64,000 nucleotides of DNA, taken from Psilocybe cubensis (taxonomy: Eukaryota). The translations under genes and the position numbers were made by a program. This document shows, in pieces, positions 1 to 12,889 of this stretch (position 1 is the stretch's first letter; every line of letters starts with the position of its first letter). The stretch is taken from positions 2,046,001-2,110,000 of the forward strand of contig CM038999.1 in NCBI GenBank assembly GCA_017499595.2, written 5' to 3'. Under the pieces are notes generated by a model. The model was not told the origin of the DNA. It ran no database searches and saw only the letters and a list, made by a program, of their open reading frames with translations.

Positions 1-3000
1 AGCAGAAATACGACTGCACACAAGAGTTTAAATAGATACGAGGCGGTAGCTAATGATGATACACTAACAGCTGTTGCGCTGGTTTCCTGTGTTGAATGCG
101 TTAACATATTCTTGTCGTTTATTTTGAGGTGTCTGTCTACAGATATTAATCAGAACATGAAATGGGGAGGATTGAAGATAAAATGATCTGGGGGCTCACC
201 CGTCGAGACGATAATAAGAATAGGACATTTTCTTGCAGTAGGCTTCCAATATATTAAGTGTTGAAGTGTAGTGAGAAACTAAAACACATTTCTCGGTAGT
301 GTTCTGACGAGGTTGCTGAGCACGAAAAAGCTATATGGACATGGTGTACACTCACCTGATGTAATATCTTCAGAATGTTGGCCAGAAAGACAAGTTTACC
401 TAAGAAGTAACGCTGTTTTAGTATGCTAAAGAGGGCAAATGTGTCTGCGTCATCCTTTACCTCCTAGGGATAAATCAGCTATGTGAGCTTTCTCCGGAAG
501 TAAACTCAAAGCCTCTGCCACAGCAGTCTTTTGGATTGAAGGCCCAAGGTCATCACTTTTGCTTCTAGAACTATCGACGGTTGCTTTCAACAGGATTGGG
601 CTGTTACTGATCTTGATTAATATGTTTATGAGTGCGAGCGAGTCTGCGACAGATGCCTGCATAAGGTGGTCTATCTTCTGTGGGTGAAGAATTTTTTGAT
701 ACATGGCCAACTGTAGGGCAGTGGGTGTTATGAAGACGACATATTCTGCTAAATGTTGAAAGAACATAACAAGTCAGAGTGTAAAGCGCCCAACAACCTG
801 ACAGTGGGCGTACATTTTGGAGGCAACTCGCTCTTCAGGAGCGTGGCATCTCTTCTAAGTACAAAACTTTTGGCAACAGATAAAAGCTTGCAAGAACATT
901 AAAGACGGTACGAAGATCGTGTTTAATCACATGCTTACTTGTTCAGTTCGGGCTTCTCCTATCTGGATCTCCATCTTTGTTGCATGTGGTGCTCTACTCT
1001 TGAGTATCGGTGTTTCATAAACCTTGCGAAAAATGTTGTACTCGTCTGGAATCGGCTTTAGGACAAATCGGCATAAAAAATACAACGTCCAATCACCTAG
1101 TAGTCCAGGATTACAAAAATCTGCCTGTCGCGTAGCTTTACAATAAAAATATGCCAGCACATCTCATATATAAAGACAAACCATGGCATGAAATTCACCC
1201 AGGTCGTTTTGAATCGGAGTTCCTGATAAAATGACCCTACGTTTGGTGTCAAAAGATTTGAAAACAGTGCTTGTCTTGTTGTTAGCCGACTTGAGCCTAT
1301 GGCCTATGTTTGACTGAGAAAAACCGAGGGATATGATTTTGTAAAGCTAATACCTTCATCACATATAATCAGGCCTATAGGGGGACTTTAGAGAACGCAT
1401 AAAATACATTAGCTAGAAAATTGGCAAGAAGAATGAGTGTAACATACTATATGTTAGTAAGCTTATCTCTGTTAAAAAGCAATATTGTTAGGATCATAGC
1501 CATAACATTTGTGGCGAAGTTTTACGTACACTACTGTTCTAAGTCGTTCATAGCCAACAACCAAAACTTGATAGACTTTCCTAAAGATGAATGTTAGCGA
1601 CACTGTGGCTACAGAGGCGATTAACTGACGATCTGCCAAAAAGATCCACATCGACATGATTCTTGTCGCAGGTCATAACGCCAATGCGATCTCTCCCTAA
1701 CCATTTATGGAATTCGTTCTTCCAATTCTAGGTAATAATGAGAAATCAGAGCAACGCATGAGATAACCTACGTACATTGACCAAAGACACAGGGCACACG
1801 ATGAGCACCTTTTGCACGGCCGCAACTGGTGCTGCGTATGGATTTTGTCCTAACGGTGGCTTAATGAACAAGTAGCCGCAACAATGCAACCACATACTAA
1901 GTAATGTCCAGACAAGAGCAATAGTCTGCAGAAGGTAAGAATAAGAATTATCACAAGCAAGGTAAAAGATCAATGCCCACTTGGAGCGTTTTCCCAAGGC
2001 CCCTGCTGGAGATCAGATACGCGAAGACTAACAACGAAGAAAAAGAACAAACATTTCATCTGCAAGGATGCACCCTTGGCCTTCATGTTTGCGGAGACCC
2101 ATCACACATTCGTACATAAATTTGACACCTGAAAAAATAGTGAGTTTATGCTTGGCAAAGGAAGTATAACAAAAATACCTTCTTTTTGGTGAGGCCGTAA
2201 TTTTCGAGAGATGATGGGGTCCACAACAACGTCGACAATGGGGAAGTTCCTAGACAGCATTAATTTGCATCTGCGATCCAATTTGAATTGCCTACTTTTT
2301 GTTGTATCGTTTAACCTGCTCTTGAGTGGGGGCCTTCATGATTAGGCTATCAGAAGCAGTAGGATCATGACTGTCATAGTGAATTCCTGACTTCGGAAAG
2401 AAATCGAAAACATTCTGCATGACTTACAGCGGCTTTTTGGCCTTTTGATTGACTGGCCCGTAGAATTCTCCAGGAGAAACGAACTTCTTCTTTACTGCTT
2501 TCGGAATAGAATCCTCAGATGGAGGTCCATCGATTTCATGAGTTTTTAATTCCAATCGATGGACGGTTGGAAGTTGATCGGAAGATACGGCAACATCAAG
2601 CTCAACTTCTTTTCCACCGATAAAAAAGTTGTGTCCATTCTGGAGGTTTTGGCCCTTCCAAGGGATGGAACCCATACTGGTTCGTGATAGATCAAGTTGA
2701 GAAAATCTGATCGGGATAAATGACCTACACTTTGCCGTCCTCTGAAATCATAACCAACTTATTGTTCATCAGTGAAATATATGCGTCTCCGTCCCATGTC
2801 TTATTCTTCTTATCCTGAGGCTTACGCCTGTGTTCTATGATTAGTAATTTTCCTGTAAGGATACAATGAGAATTTACCAATTAGCGATCCAATTGGGAAA
2901 TTGATTAGTGACTTCTGATGAAGTCACCGAAGAGTCGCTTTCTTGCTCATTGTTCATGCACACATCCGAATCTCTGATATCAAGATTTGTTGGATGAAGA

Positions 3001-3661
3001 GGTTTATGCTGAGATTGCGCGGCCAATGGAAAAGATTTGATATTAGTCAACGATGGAGGAGTAAATTTCTTCACTGGCTTCTTATTGGAGCAGATCGAAG
3101 ATTCTGAGAAAGAACTAGAGGATATACCGTTTCCAAAGCACGCGCCAGAAAGAAATAAATCCCGTGACACCATCCTCTCAAGTTCGATTTCCTTGGAGGC
3201 GATAGAGAGAGCTTTCCCTTCGTACAAGGGACCAGTTACCTTGGATTTAGTCATGCTAAGAGGTAGATTATCAGCATTCAGCAATGAAAATTAACAGAAC
3301 TACCGTCAATCACATTTTGCCCTCTGTATCATAAAGGATGGCTTCTGCTTCGTTGCTGACGACTAGAATGGCATCGCCGTCCCATGTCTTGTGTTTTTTG
3401 TACTGAGGATGCCGCCTGAAAGAACACGGGTTATGATATTTAACTTGAAGAGAGATAATGCACCGCTCACCATTGAACCATCCATACTTGATCGCAAGCC
3501 GCCGCCTGCACTGGCATATTATTTGGTAAAGCCTCCTCTCGGACATTGGGGTTCGTGGTTAACAAGATCCGCTTTCTAGATTCATGTGACTGATTCTCAG
3601 AGAAGCTGGAGTCGGTGGCTTTTCTTTTGCCTGACATGTAAGGTTGTTGGAAGGCAGGCAT
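1..3661 (-). CDS. RAD54B: RAD54B/Rdh54-like SNF2-family DNA translocase (multi-exon; 3' part runs off the window start)
   Basis: Spliced motifs GCILADEM/GLGKTLQ, LIVCPVSLV, ICDEG/HRLKSANNKT, RRVILSGTPIQNDL.EF, FRKVYETPILKSR. N-terminal W..PQ.KK.KTWDGDA domain as in RAD54B. ATG at 3661. Confidence 0.88.
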
Positions 3662-4265
3662 CGAGTTATAGAGTATAGAGGAAATCGAATATATCGCTGC
3701 AATCGAGATAGAGTGCCAGCAGTTCCAAATTGTCTATGGAGTTAAAAGTAGAAGATATTAAAGAGTTTCAAGACAATATGATAATTGCAGACAAACTGCA
3801 AATTAACCATGAACGAAGTGAAAGGGAGCTTTGACCAGGCGTTGACTCGGAAGCGTGTTCAAAACCAGTCACAGCAACGATTGGCACGTGAAGTTACGCT
3901 TCGCGACTTTAACAGTCACAACGGTAGGTCAACTCGTCGTTCAGGCGGCACCACACATCGTGACATACCCGAGACATCTATCTATCTTCTTGAAGTCAGT
4001 TCAAGTCAGTGTCGAGTGAGATATACAAGCTTGAGTAAGTTACACCAACTATCATTACCTCCTCCCGACTAGTAACTTCAAGTTTCGTGACTTTCTACTC
4101 AACTTTAGTATCATCAAACTAGGAGCGGCGGCATTGACCGGCCAGTTATTATCAGCGCATTCTTCTGCGCGAATTGGGAAAAATACACAGTAAGAAGAAC
4201 AATCTGTGGTTATCCCCTCCAACGTTCTAATAAATCTACCTTTCTTCACCACACTAAGCTGCTCG

Positions 4266-6780
4266 ATGGGTGTACCAGGATTGTGGGATGTAAGCGGCCA
4301 TGGACGAAGGTTGAAGTGACGCTAACTTCCCCTCTGTGTAGGTATTAAATAAAGTGGGAAAATCGACTTCTATTGTACGGTTGTCAGTTCATGAGGGTTT
4401 TGATAAGAATCAATCACGAAGGTATGCCTCTGATCTATCAGTAGGAGACTTTATCAATCCATCAATGCTGTGATTCTAGGAGGGCGTATCGCATTGGAGT
4501 AGACGCAAGCATATGGTTTCACCATGCGACCTTCAGCAAACAAGGTGAAAATCCCGAGGCTCGAGGACTTTTCTTTCGTTTGATTTATCTTGGTTCGTCC
4601 TGATAACAAGCATATACGCAATTTTTAATCTTCGCACCATAGCCAAACTCCCCATTATACCGTTGTTCGTGTTCGATGGCAGGGAAAGGCCAAAAATTAA
4701 GGCAAGCTCTCACGGAAATGCCTGTAACCTCTGTGAAACCCTAATTTCGAATCATTTCAGAGAGGCAGTAAGATGGGAAAATCAGGGAATCACCCTCGGG
4801 AAAAACAGTTCAAGCATTTGTTAGATGCCTTTGGTATGGAATGGTGTGAGGTAGGCCTCATATCTATTTCTTCTGATGGACTGCAATAATCAATCTACTC
4901 CGTGAGGCTCGAGGTGAAGCAGAAGCAGAACTTGCCTATCTTAATGACAGGGGTCATATCGACGCTGTAATGACGGACGATTGTGATGCATTTCTATTTG
5001 GCGCTCGCACTATAATCAAAAAGTATACCTTTCCCATACGCTATCTATTGACTTTATATCTGACTTTTTATTTCAACAGTATAAGCTCAAGGTTATCCGG
5101 AAATAAGAATAACTTGGCGAAGAACTCGAAGGACAAAGTGGATAAATTCCACACTATGATCTATCAGGCGGATGATATCGAAAACGATCCTTCTACTTCT
5201 CTTTCAAGGGGCGATTTAATCCTCTTCGCCCTTCTTGCAGGGGGGGATTACCACAAAGTTAGTGGCCCATAAGCTCATAGACCAGTCACTCGAGCTAACA
5301 TATCACACAGGGGGTGGAAAGGATGGGGAAGAAGATAGCGTTGGGACTGGCTCGTTGTGGATTTGGCAAGGAGTTGTTAGAAGCATATCAAAATCTTCGA
5401 GATTATAGAACCGAATTTGAAGAGTTCATGCGCCAATGGAGAATGCGGGTTAACATCGAATTAAAGCACAACACGCAAGGTCATCTCCCCCATCGCACGT
5501 CACTTTTTTTGTCCGACGATTTTCCAAACCCCGATGTTCTGGAATTTTACGCAAACCCGCTTAACAGCGGCAGTGCAGGTGGACAAGGTTCAGGCAGCAT
5601 GGCGATACGCGACCAAAGTAATCTCGACCTCCCTAAAATCGCTCATGTGTGCGAACAATATTTTGAATGGGGTTATCGCGCTAAAATTATCGAACGCTTC
5701 AGAAATCTGATCTGGCCCTGCGCTGTTATGCATGTTCTACGGCGCGCTGCTCTTGAAGTCGACCGTCGGAATGAAAATATATCGAACATTACACGATGTG
5801 GTTCTCAAGGCGATATTGGAACGCCTGCATCATTGGTTGAGAGATATCTCTGTTCTTCGCCTGTCCGGGAAGGCCACTACGATGACCTCTTTGTTAACAA
5901 AGGGTCAAGCTCAAAACTTTTGGTTACTCCTGCAGTAGACAACCCTTTGGTCAACAGGATAATAAAAAGCCGCCAACATGTTTCAACGGATGGTCTACTA
6001 GAGTATCAAGTGGAAATATCTCCTAAACAACTAATACAATTATCAAATTCCGGGATTAAAGGTATTCGACACGCCCCTGTTACTGCAGCAGAAACCGGCT
6101 ACCCCAACAAAGGGTCTGAAACAGATCCTTTGATTTTGTGGGTTCCTGCAGTTATCCTTTCCGTTGTCCATCCCACTATGGTCAAACAATTCAACGAAGA
6201 AAATGCCAAAAAGTCAAGTAAACTTAAAGGAAAAAATAAGGGCCGAGCAAACGAACAAGAGCGTACGGACCAAACAGCGGAATCGGCATCTGAAGGAGAG
6301 AATATGCTCTCGGTTCTGCAATCTTCCAAGCTTCAGAAACGAAGTCGGCCCGAACCACGGGCAGTAGGACAGAACAGTTATACCGAAGTGCTTAAACCCA
6401 CATATGCAACCGAGGGCATTGACCCTTGGTTCACATCCAACTCTACTTCTCAAGGTTGTCCCACGCTTTCAAGGAATAGCACTTCTGGTTTCCTTTTCAC
6501 AATCCCTAATCCTGACGAAAACGAACTTGAACTAGAAAGGGCGGATTATGACAACGAAATAGACTGTCTTGCAAGCTACGATAGCGAGGTCAGCCATTCT
6601 ACGAGCAAATTTGAACAAATCATTGATGGTATCTTGACGAAGAAACGAAAGCTGGCCAAGGATCCAAAGAGACCTAGGAAGCCTGAAGCTCATACCAACA
6701 TGACAGATGAGCGACCCTCCAAAAAACGCCAGGTATCTTCCTTAGTCCTCGACGCTTTAGACGGAGTTGAGTTTAGGTGA
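4266..6780 (+). CDS. GEN1: XPG/Rad2-family flap and Holliday-junction nuclease, GEN1/YEN1-like (multi-exon)
   Basis: MGVPGLWD start, IGVDASIW, PLFVFDG..RP, GEAEAELAYLN..G.IDAVMTDDCDAFLFGA, H3TH motif LFALLAGGDY. Basic NLS-like C-terminal tail. Confidence 0.8.
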
Positions 6781-6898
6781 TTAATTTACGAATCTTTATC
6801 TAACCCCACTACAGCCTACTAGATATCCATTAAAGTAAATTACATCGATTTGAGCCACCGTACAGTATTATGCACCTGTTTTTGCTTGTATTTATCCT

Positions 6899-8353
6899 CT
6901 ACAATTCTTCGATATTCCACTTGGGTCGTAGTTCTATGCTATATGGATCTGTGTCGTTGGTCAAAAAGCGGTGCATTGATGCCCATGCAATCATCACTGC
7001 GTTATCTAATTAAAAGGCATCAAATACAATGCACATATTAAATTTCTCGAAAACCAAACCAACCTGTGCACAAATCCGGAGGAGGGAATACTAGGTTATA
7101 TGTGACATCCCGATAGCATTCAATGAGGCATCCTTGTAACCTTTCGATATTGAAGTTAGTTTTTGCCGTGCAGAAAAGAAGTGTATACTTACCGACGTCT
7201 TAAAAACATATTACTTGCGACACCGCCACTGACAACGATATCGCGTACCGATATGTTCCTTTCCTTGCACCATGCCAAGCCAAGGATGAGCTTTTCTTCC
7301 AAATGTGCCACGACACCTGTCTGAAAAGCGCGAGCGATGGCTTTTTTTGTTGAAAGCTGTAGATCTCCGTGTTGTTTTTGTTCAGAAATCAAGGCCTTTG
7401 CATGAGAGTGGAAGGCCGAAAATGAGAATGCCAGCTGGCCCACAAGAGGACTAGGAAATGGTGGTATTATCGGACATTTTATTTCAGGAGCCTCTTCACA
7501 AAATTTCTCCAGAGCATCACCAGGACCAAGGTCAGTCCATTTAAGCTCTAAAAGTTTGGAAACCTTGTCAAACGATCGTCCTATACTTTCATCCCTCGTT
7601 GTTGCCAAAGTTTGGAAAGAATTGGCGGAGGTAGCAAGCAGAAGAAGTGTGTGACCACCCGATATAAGCAGGGATATGAACGGATACTTAGGTTCTTCTC
7701 TGTCAGCAGTGAGGATAGATATCAGGGCGTGACCTTGCTGGAATACGTCAAATAAGAATTGGTGTTATAGAGATTGGCTTACCATATGATGGACACCAAC
7801 AAGTGGTTTGTCCAAGGCAGAAGCAAGAGATTTTGCGGCATTCATTCCTACGCTCAGGCAGCCTGGCATGCCTAAGAAGCGTGGGTGGTTATCATCCATG
7901 GAAGATTGAGGAAGACAATCCGGCATACCTGGACCCCTCGTGAATGCTATTCCATCTATATCATGCACAATGTTCATCCCTGACTGCGCAAGTGCTTGTC
8001 GTATAGCGTATGGCTGAACCAATCAGTAAATGGACAATGACGTGTGATGCTGGTGTATACCATGTTTTGTTGGTGGCAACCTATAGCGCTCATGGGATAG
8101 ATGCCTCCGTATTCTTCATGTCTAAACAATTGAAATATCTGTGAAAATATGAAAAACAGCAATGGGATTCTACACACATATTATGCTGTTTGATAACAAC
8201 GTTCGCATGGATTTTCTTTGCTGAGTCAACAATTGCAGCACACGTATCATCGGCTGATGACTCAATGGCTAAGACGTTGAAATGGCGTGCATAGACAAAA
8301 TGACTGACTCTAGGCTTCCTACATAAAAGAGGTGCACGGAGCCAGTGTGTCAT
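6899..8353 (-). CDS. QRI7: Mitochondrial tRNA N6-threonylcarbamoyladenosine synthase (Kae1/TsaD/Qri7 family, multi-exon)
   Basis: VLAIESSADDT, YGGIYP, IAFTRGPG, VGVHHM, LLISGGHT, DESIGRSFDK, VVSGGVASN, PPPDLCT/DNAVMIAW. Arg-rich N-terminal presequence. Confidence 0.92.
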
Positions 8354-8499
8354 TGAACGTGTACGAAAGTAGTCAAGGGATGAAGCTGTAATTAGTTGTT
8401 AGCCGAGGAATACAACCGAAGGTGTTTGATCTGAATGGATCCCCAACCGTGATCTCCATTATTTGTCCCTCAGATTGCTTTGCGCAGTACATTTTTCTT

Positions 8500-10668
8500 A
8501 TGTGGTCCTCATCGCACCTCCACGGCCCCAGAAGATCGCATGATCAGAGCCATAACGATAGCAAAGCTAGTAGATCATCATCTCCAGATGATGGAACAGA
8601 ACCCCGGAGGCGGACGTCGAGTGATGCTACACCCCGTCAAACACCTGCTACTACTCGCTTTTTAACTTCAGCCAACGACCAAGATACTAATCGAAGTGTT
8701 TTGGCATCTACCACTCTTAATTCGGACAAATCTGAAGGCTTCGGGTCTTCTAAACGACTTGGATTTTTCGCAGACAAGCTGACGTCTTCTCTTTCTGGAA
8801 CAGGGAAAGACATTGGTGGCGGTACTAGTCTTAAAAGTTCCCTCCATCCTAGTCAATTGTTGCACCCACATATTCATTCCAGGGCAGAGTCTAACTCTTC
8901 TCCCTCTCCAAGTTTGACATCATCTGCTATGGCTTCATCTAACATATCGCCTGTTAATAAGTCCCATACGTCTCCTGCTAAGGCAAGTATTGCGCAACTT
9001 TTAATGGTGTTTTTTCTGATGTTCGCTCTGAATGCTAAGGCTTCCTATGGCCGGACGTATGACTCAAAGCTTGTTTCGCGCGAAATGCATCGACTAGGGA
9101 GTCTGGTTCCTTCTGCATTAGCCCCTCAGCTTTCAACTGCACCTTCGGTAGCATCTTTAAGTGTACCACCGTCGGGCAGTCTTTCCCAGTCTAATGCGTC
9201 ATCCACATCCTCCACCGACCCGTGGGGTGCATTACATGTTCATGTTTTACCTCTTTTTAACGGAGAGCCGTTAAGAGTTCCGATGTGTGTATGTTTTTGT
9301 TATGGCGGATAGGCGCTAAAACTGTTTTTTGACAGAGAAGACTTGAATATATTGGTCAAACGCCATATACAAATTGTCGTTTCAGCTTCTCCTCCAAAAG
9401 CTATAGCTACACTGGAGAACGACGCTTCTGAATTAATTGCCTCTGGCATGGTCACCCTCAACGCAAAGCTAACAGGTGTCGATGATGAAAAATTGGTCGC
9501 ACGAGTAGTGGAGATATGGGGTTTTTTTTGGGATCAAGTCCTCACTTATCTGGAAGGTGTAAGTTATGAAAATACATCTTTCATTCCTCCCATTTGATGG
9601 AAAGCTATGTAAATATCTTAGGTTCTTCTGCCTCTCCAAACCGACCCTTTGTTATCTTCACTGTACCGTGCCCCAAAATCGCATAGGACAGCCTCTCCAA
9701 CGCGACAGAGCGGAACTAAATCCTCTATATCTTCATCAAATAGCAATACCTCCACATATCACATAGACGTCCGTTCTGTTGCTTTGAAGTCTTTCCGAGA
9801 TAGAGTTATACTGCCTCCTTTCCAGAGGCTGTACAACCGCCTCTCTATGATCAACCGTCAAGATAATCACCAAGAGACGAGCTCCTATCAGCAACCTCGC
9901 TTGCAGCAAATGTATGTGTATAATTTTTCCAACCATTGATTTGCCTTTTCATGGGACTTTCGCGTAGGCTCCTTGTTTTATCTTCGGAAAGTCGACATCT
10001 ACCTGTCACATTTTCATTGACCACACCGTCTCCTCAGCCAACAGCCGGTGAAGTGGCTATTACAGACTTGTTACATCTTATTCATAATCCTAGAACGTAT
10101 TCAGACTCACGACATCCAAAATTTAAAAATCCCCATTCACAGGCAAGGACGTCCACCTTTCTGTCTGGTGCTTTACCGAGAGACCGTCGTGGACGAGTTG
10201 CTCTCAAGGGTAAAAATCTCCCTGATTTAGTGGGCCTTCAATCTCCTGGGAACGATGATTATATCTATGGAGAGGACACGCCTCGGATGGGGCCCTCGAG
10301 TTATATTGTGGATCTCGAGCGCGACCGCGAAAGGGAACTTGAGGCACTAAGGTCAGAATTTTGTAAACCTATCCCTGATTATCATATTTAGCAACTCGCG
10401 TCTCTTTTTCCTAATTCACAGAAGTCCAGACATCGAATCTTCAGCCACTCGGGCTAGTACAGGAGGCTGGGGACTAGGTGCTGGAAAAGAGGAGCCTACA
10501 AAAACGGGAGAAGAGGAGGAAGACGAACCTCTGGATTGGGATCAAGCGCAGGTGCAGAGTCTATGGGTAAATGTTATCACTACATTGCTGACAATTATTG
10601 CATAGGCCGTTGTAGAACGCATGGTTGGAATGAATCCACATATCGACGCCCGTCGGAGAGTAACATAA
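8500..10668 (+). CDS. HbrB-domain protein, BIT61/PRR5 (Protor)-like TORC2-associated subunit (multi-exon)
   Basis: W..L...VLPLFNGEPL..P.EDLN.LV, LV.R.VEIWGFFWDQVLTYLEGV.LPL, DVRSVALKSFRDRVILP, RLQQM are typical of the HbrB domain. Confidence 0.8.
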
Positions 10669-10794
10669 TCACTACTTATTTGTGTGCGCTTTCACGGTGG
10701 TGGTCACCGTTCTATATATTTTTGGTTGTAAATTATGATTCCAATTGTAGTTATAAGTAACTGGTTCAATAATCATTACGAGCATTAAAGCGTA

Positions 10795-12280
10795 TCAAGG
10801 ACTATTATGCTCCCGTATCAAGTCTTCCAAACGATCAAGTAAAGAATTGACTCTGCTTTCCAATCCAGCAACATTGCTTTTAACAACGTTTTTATTTTCC
10901 TTCAAGCTTGTCTCAACCGTTTCAATCGCCCTTTCTAAATCAAGCAGACCGTTTCGCGTCCTCTTTTGTTCTTCTTCAAGATCTTCGAGAGAACTTTGGA
11001 ATGTCGCTGCTGAAGAATGCAGAGACGACAGAGTACGCAGTCGAGTAAGTACGTGGGGAATATGAGGAAGTAGCGGCCCGAGACGCGTTAGTATGGGGAG
11101 GATTTCATGAACGACAGTTGGCGGGGATGATCCATTGTTACTTTGCGATGGATGGCGTTTGTGTGCTTGATGCTGGGCAGCTGAAGCTCGGTCAAGATCT
11201 GACAAGAGCAACTTCAAGCGACGTGAAATAGAATCGATATGGCGAGGTTGTGTCAGAATAGTAAGCTGATTGTTCAAGCGAGTGATGAGAGGTAACAAAG
11301 GCGATGGCAAAGGAGATGTCTGTTCAGACAATATGTTAATGTCATTTTCTTTAACGGCAGTTGTCAAAGAAGCGAACCTCATCCAGAGTCATGCCCGAGG
11401 AACCTATAATGTGCTCCAACTCTCCAATGCGGTGATCCATCTCAACCATTGTTTGCATATCGGTTTTTGGCTCAGTTTTAGGATCAGAGACATATTGTTC
11501 TTGGTTTCCTGTGGCTTTCCCCGTGGTGACTTGGCCATTTAAGATGTTGTCGTCTAGCACAGCACCTATTAATCGTGCTCGCCCTTCCTTACCCTTTTTG
11601 ATCTTATCTAACCTAGATCGAACGTCAACTAACCCTCTGATCAACTCTCCTGGGTCAATATTTTCTTCTTCCCGTTCTTTGTGAATAAGTGGATTCGAAG
11701 GATCGGCCAACTCGGTTTCCAACGCCGCTAATTCGTTCTGTAGCATTCGCAGTCTATGGGACAGGGGTAAAGAGTGTGATATCCCAAATGGATCCAGTAG
11801 CGACGTCGGAGACGTTGGTGAGGGTGGATAAGCATATTGTGTTCGAACTCGGGCTATGGAAATTGTTAATTAGTGAGGCTACGGACAACATTACAATATG
11901 GTGGACCAACAAGCTTTTTTCTCGGCTTTTCTAAACTTCCTGCTTGCCTCATCAGCACCAATTAGGTTACTGTAGTCCAGTTCTTCTCGACCATTGGGAT
12001 CAGGTTTGTTCCTAGCAGATCGTGTTGGGAACGTCGATTCGTCGTCACTGGAGTCAACATTATTCTGAAACGTATGAGAGGACAAGGTCGCAGTTAAATC
12101 AGAATGTAGTTAGTTCAACGCTGGCAAAGTTAATACCACAGTCTGCGATAATGGAAATGTGTCTGCCGTTTCATACACGTCAGGGGCCGTGTCCTATGAA
12201 GAAAGATTAATAATGACGATGTATAAAGAAGAGACAAGACAGACAATGTCAGGTAGATCGGCATACTTGCTAATACTCAT
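10795..12280 (-). CDS. DCTN2: Dynamitin (dynactin p50 subunit, multi-exon)
   Basis: N-terminus MSISKYADLPDI/D, RLRMLQNELAALE coiled coil, IPHVLTRLRTLSSLH, C-terminal N..V.SNV.GLE.R. Confidence 0.85.
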
Positions 12281-12385
12281 TAAATGTTGAATTGGGGACA
12301 GAACGAATGTGCAGAATGCGAGTGATGGAAAGAGGTCTGATTATAAATAGTGTTAAAGAGTTTAGGTTATACAAAAGGACAGGCC

Positions 12386-12392
12386 AAAAAAA
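12386..12392 (-). terminator. RNA polymerase III oligo-T terminator of tRNA-Ser
   Basis: T7 run on the minus strand directly after the tRNA 3' end. Confidence 0.8.
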
Positions 12393-12490
12393 CGTCACCT
12401 GAGCGATTCGAACACTCGCGGTCAAAGACCAACCGCTCACATAACTACTAAAGTAGCAGGCGATCCCGTTAACCACTCCGGCAAAGTGAC
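12393..12490 (-). tRNA. tRNA-Ser(GCT) with a 16-nt intron
   Basis: Minus strand reads GTCACTTTGCCGGAGTGGTTAACGGG-ATCGC-CTGCTA-[ctttagtagttatgtg]-A-GCGGT-long variable arm-GAGTGTTCGAATCGCTC-AGGTGACG. Acceptor stem pairs, A and B boxes are present, and the mature length is 82 nt. Confidence 0.93.
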
Positions 12491-12889
12491 TTCAGGAATA
12501 TATTTCATACAAATTTATATATAATAATATATGTATATCAATCAAGCCAGCCTGTTGTGCCAGACCCCTGACTCCTTGTGTGTACCTTCCTTCGCACCAC
12601 CCACATCGTCTCACGACAACACTCATCTTGAGAATCAAGAATAATATTGCCTCCATACCCAATTTCCATCTTTCCCATTTGCTCAATCTATGCACTTATA
12701 ATGACACGAATTATATCCCAACTTGGATAGATATACTGGTATATTCAGTGCTGACCGTATGACGTTTCAATATTTAGGTCTGAACTCCCACGTAATTGCA
12801 CAAATTACTATACAACCTAACGAAGTCGTTCCGTCTACGAACTTGCTTTGTGTGACTTTGAAAACCTTTATACTTTGTTGTCGAAGCCA

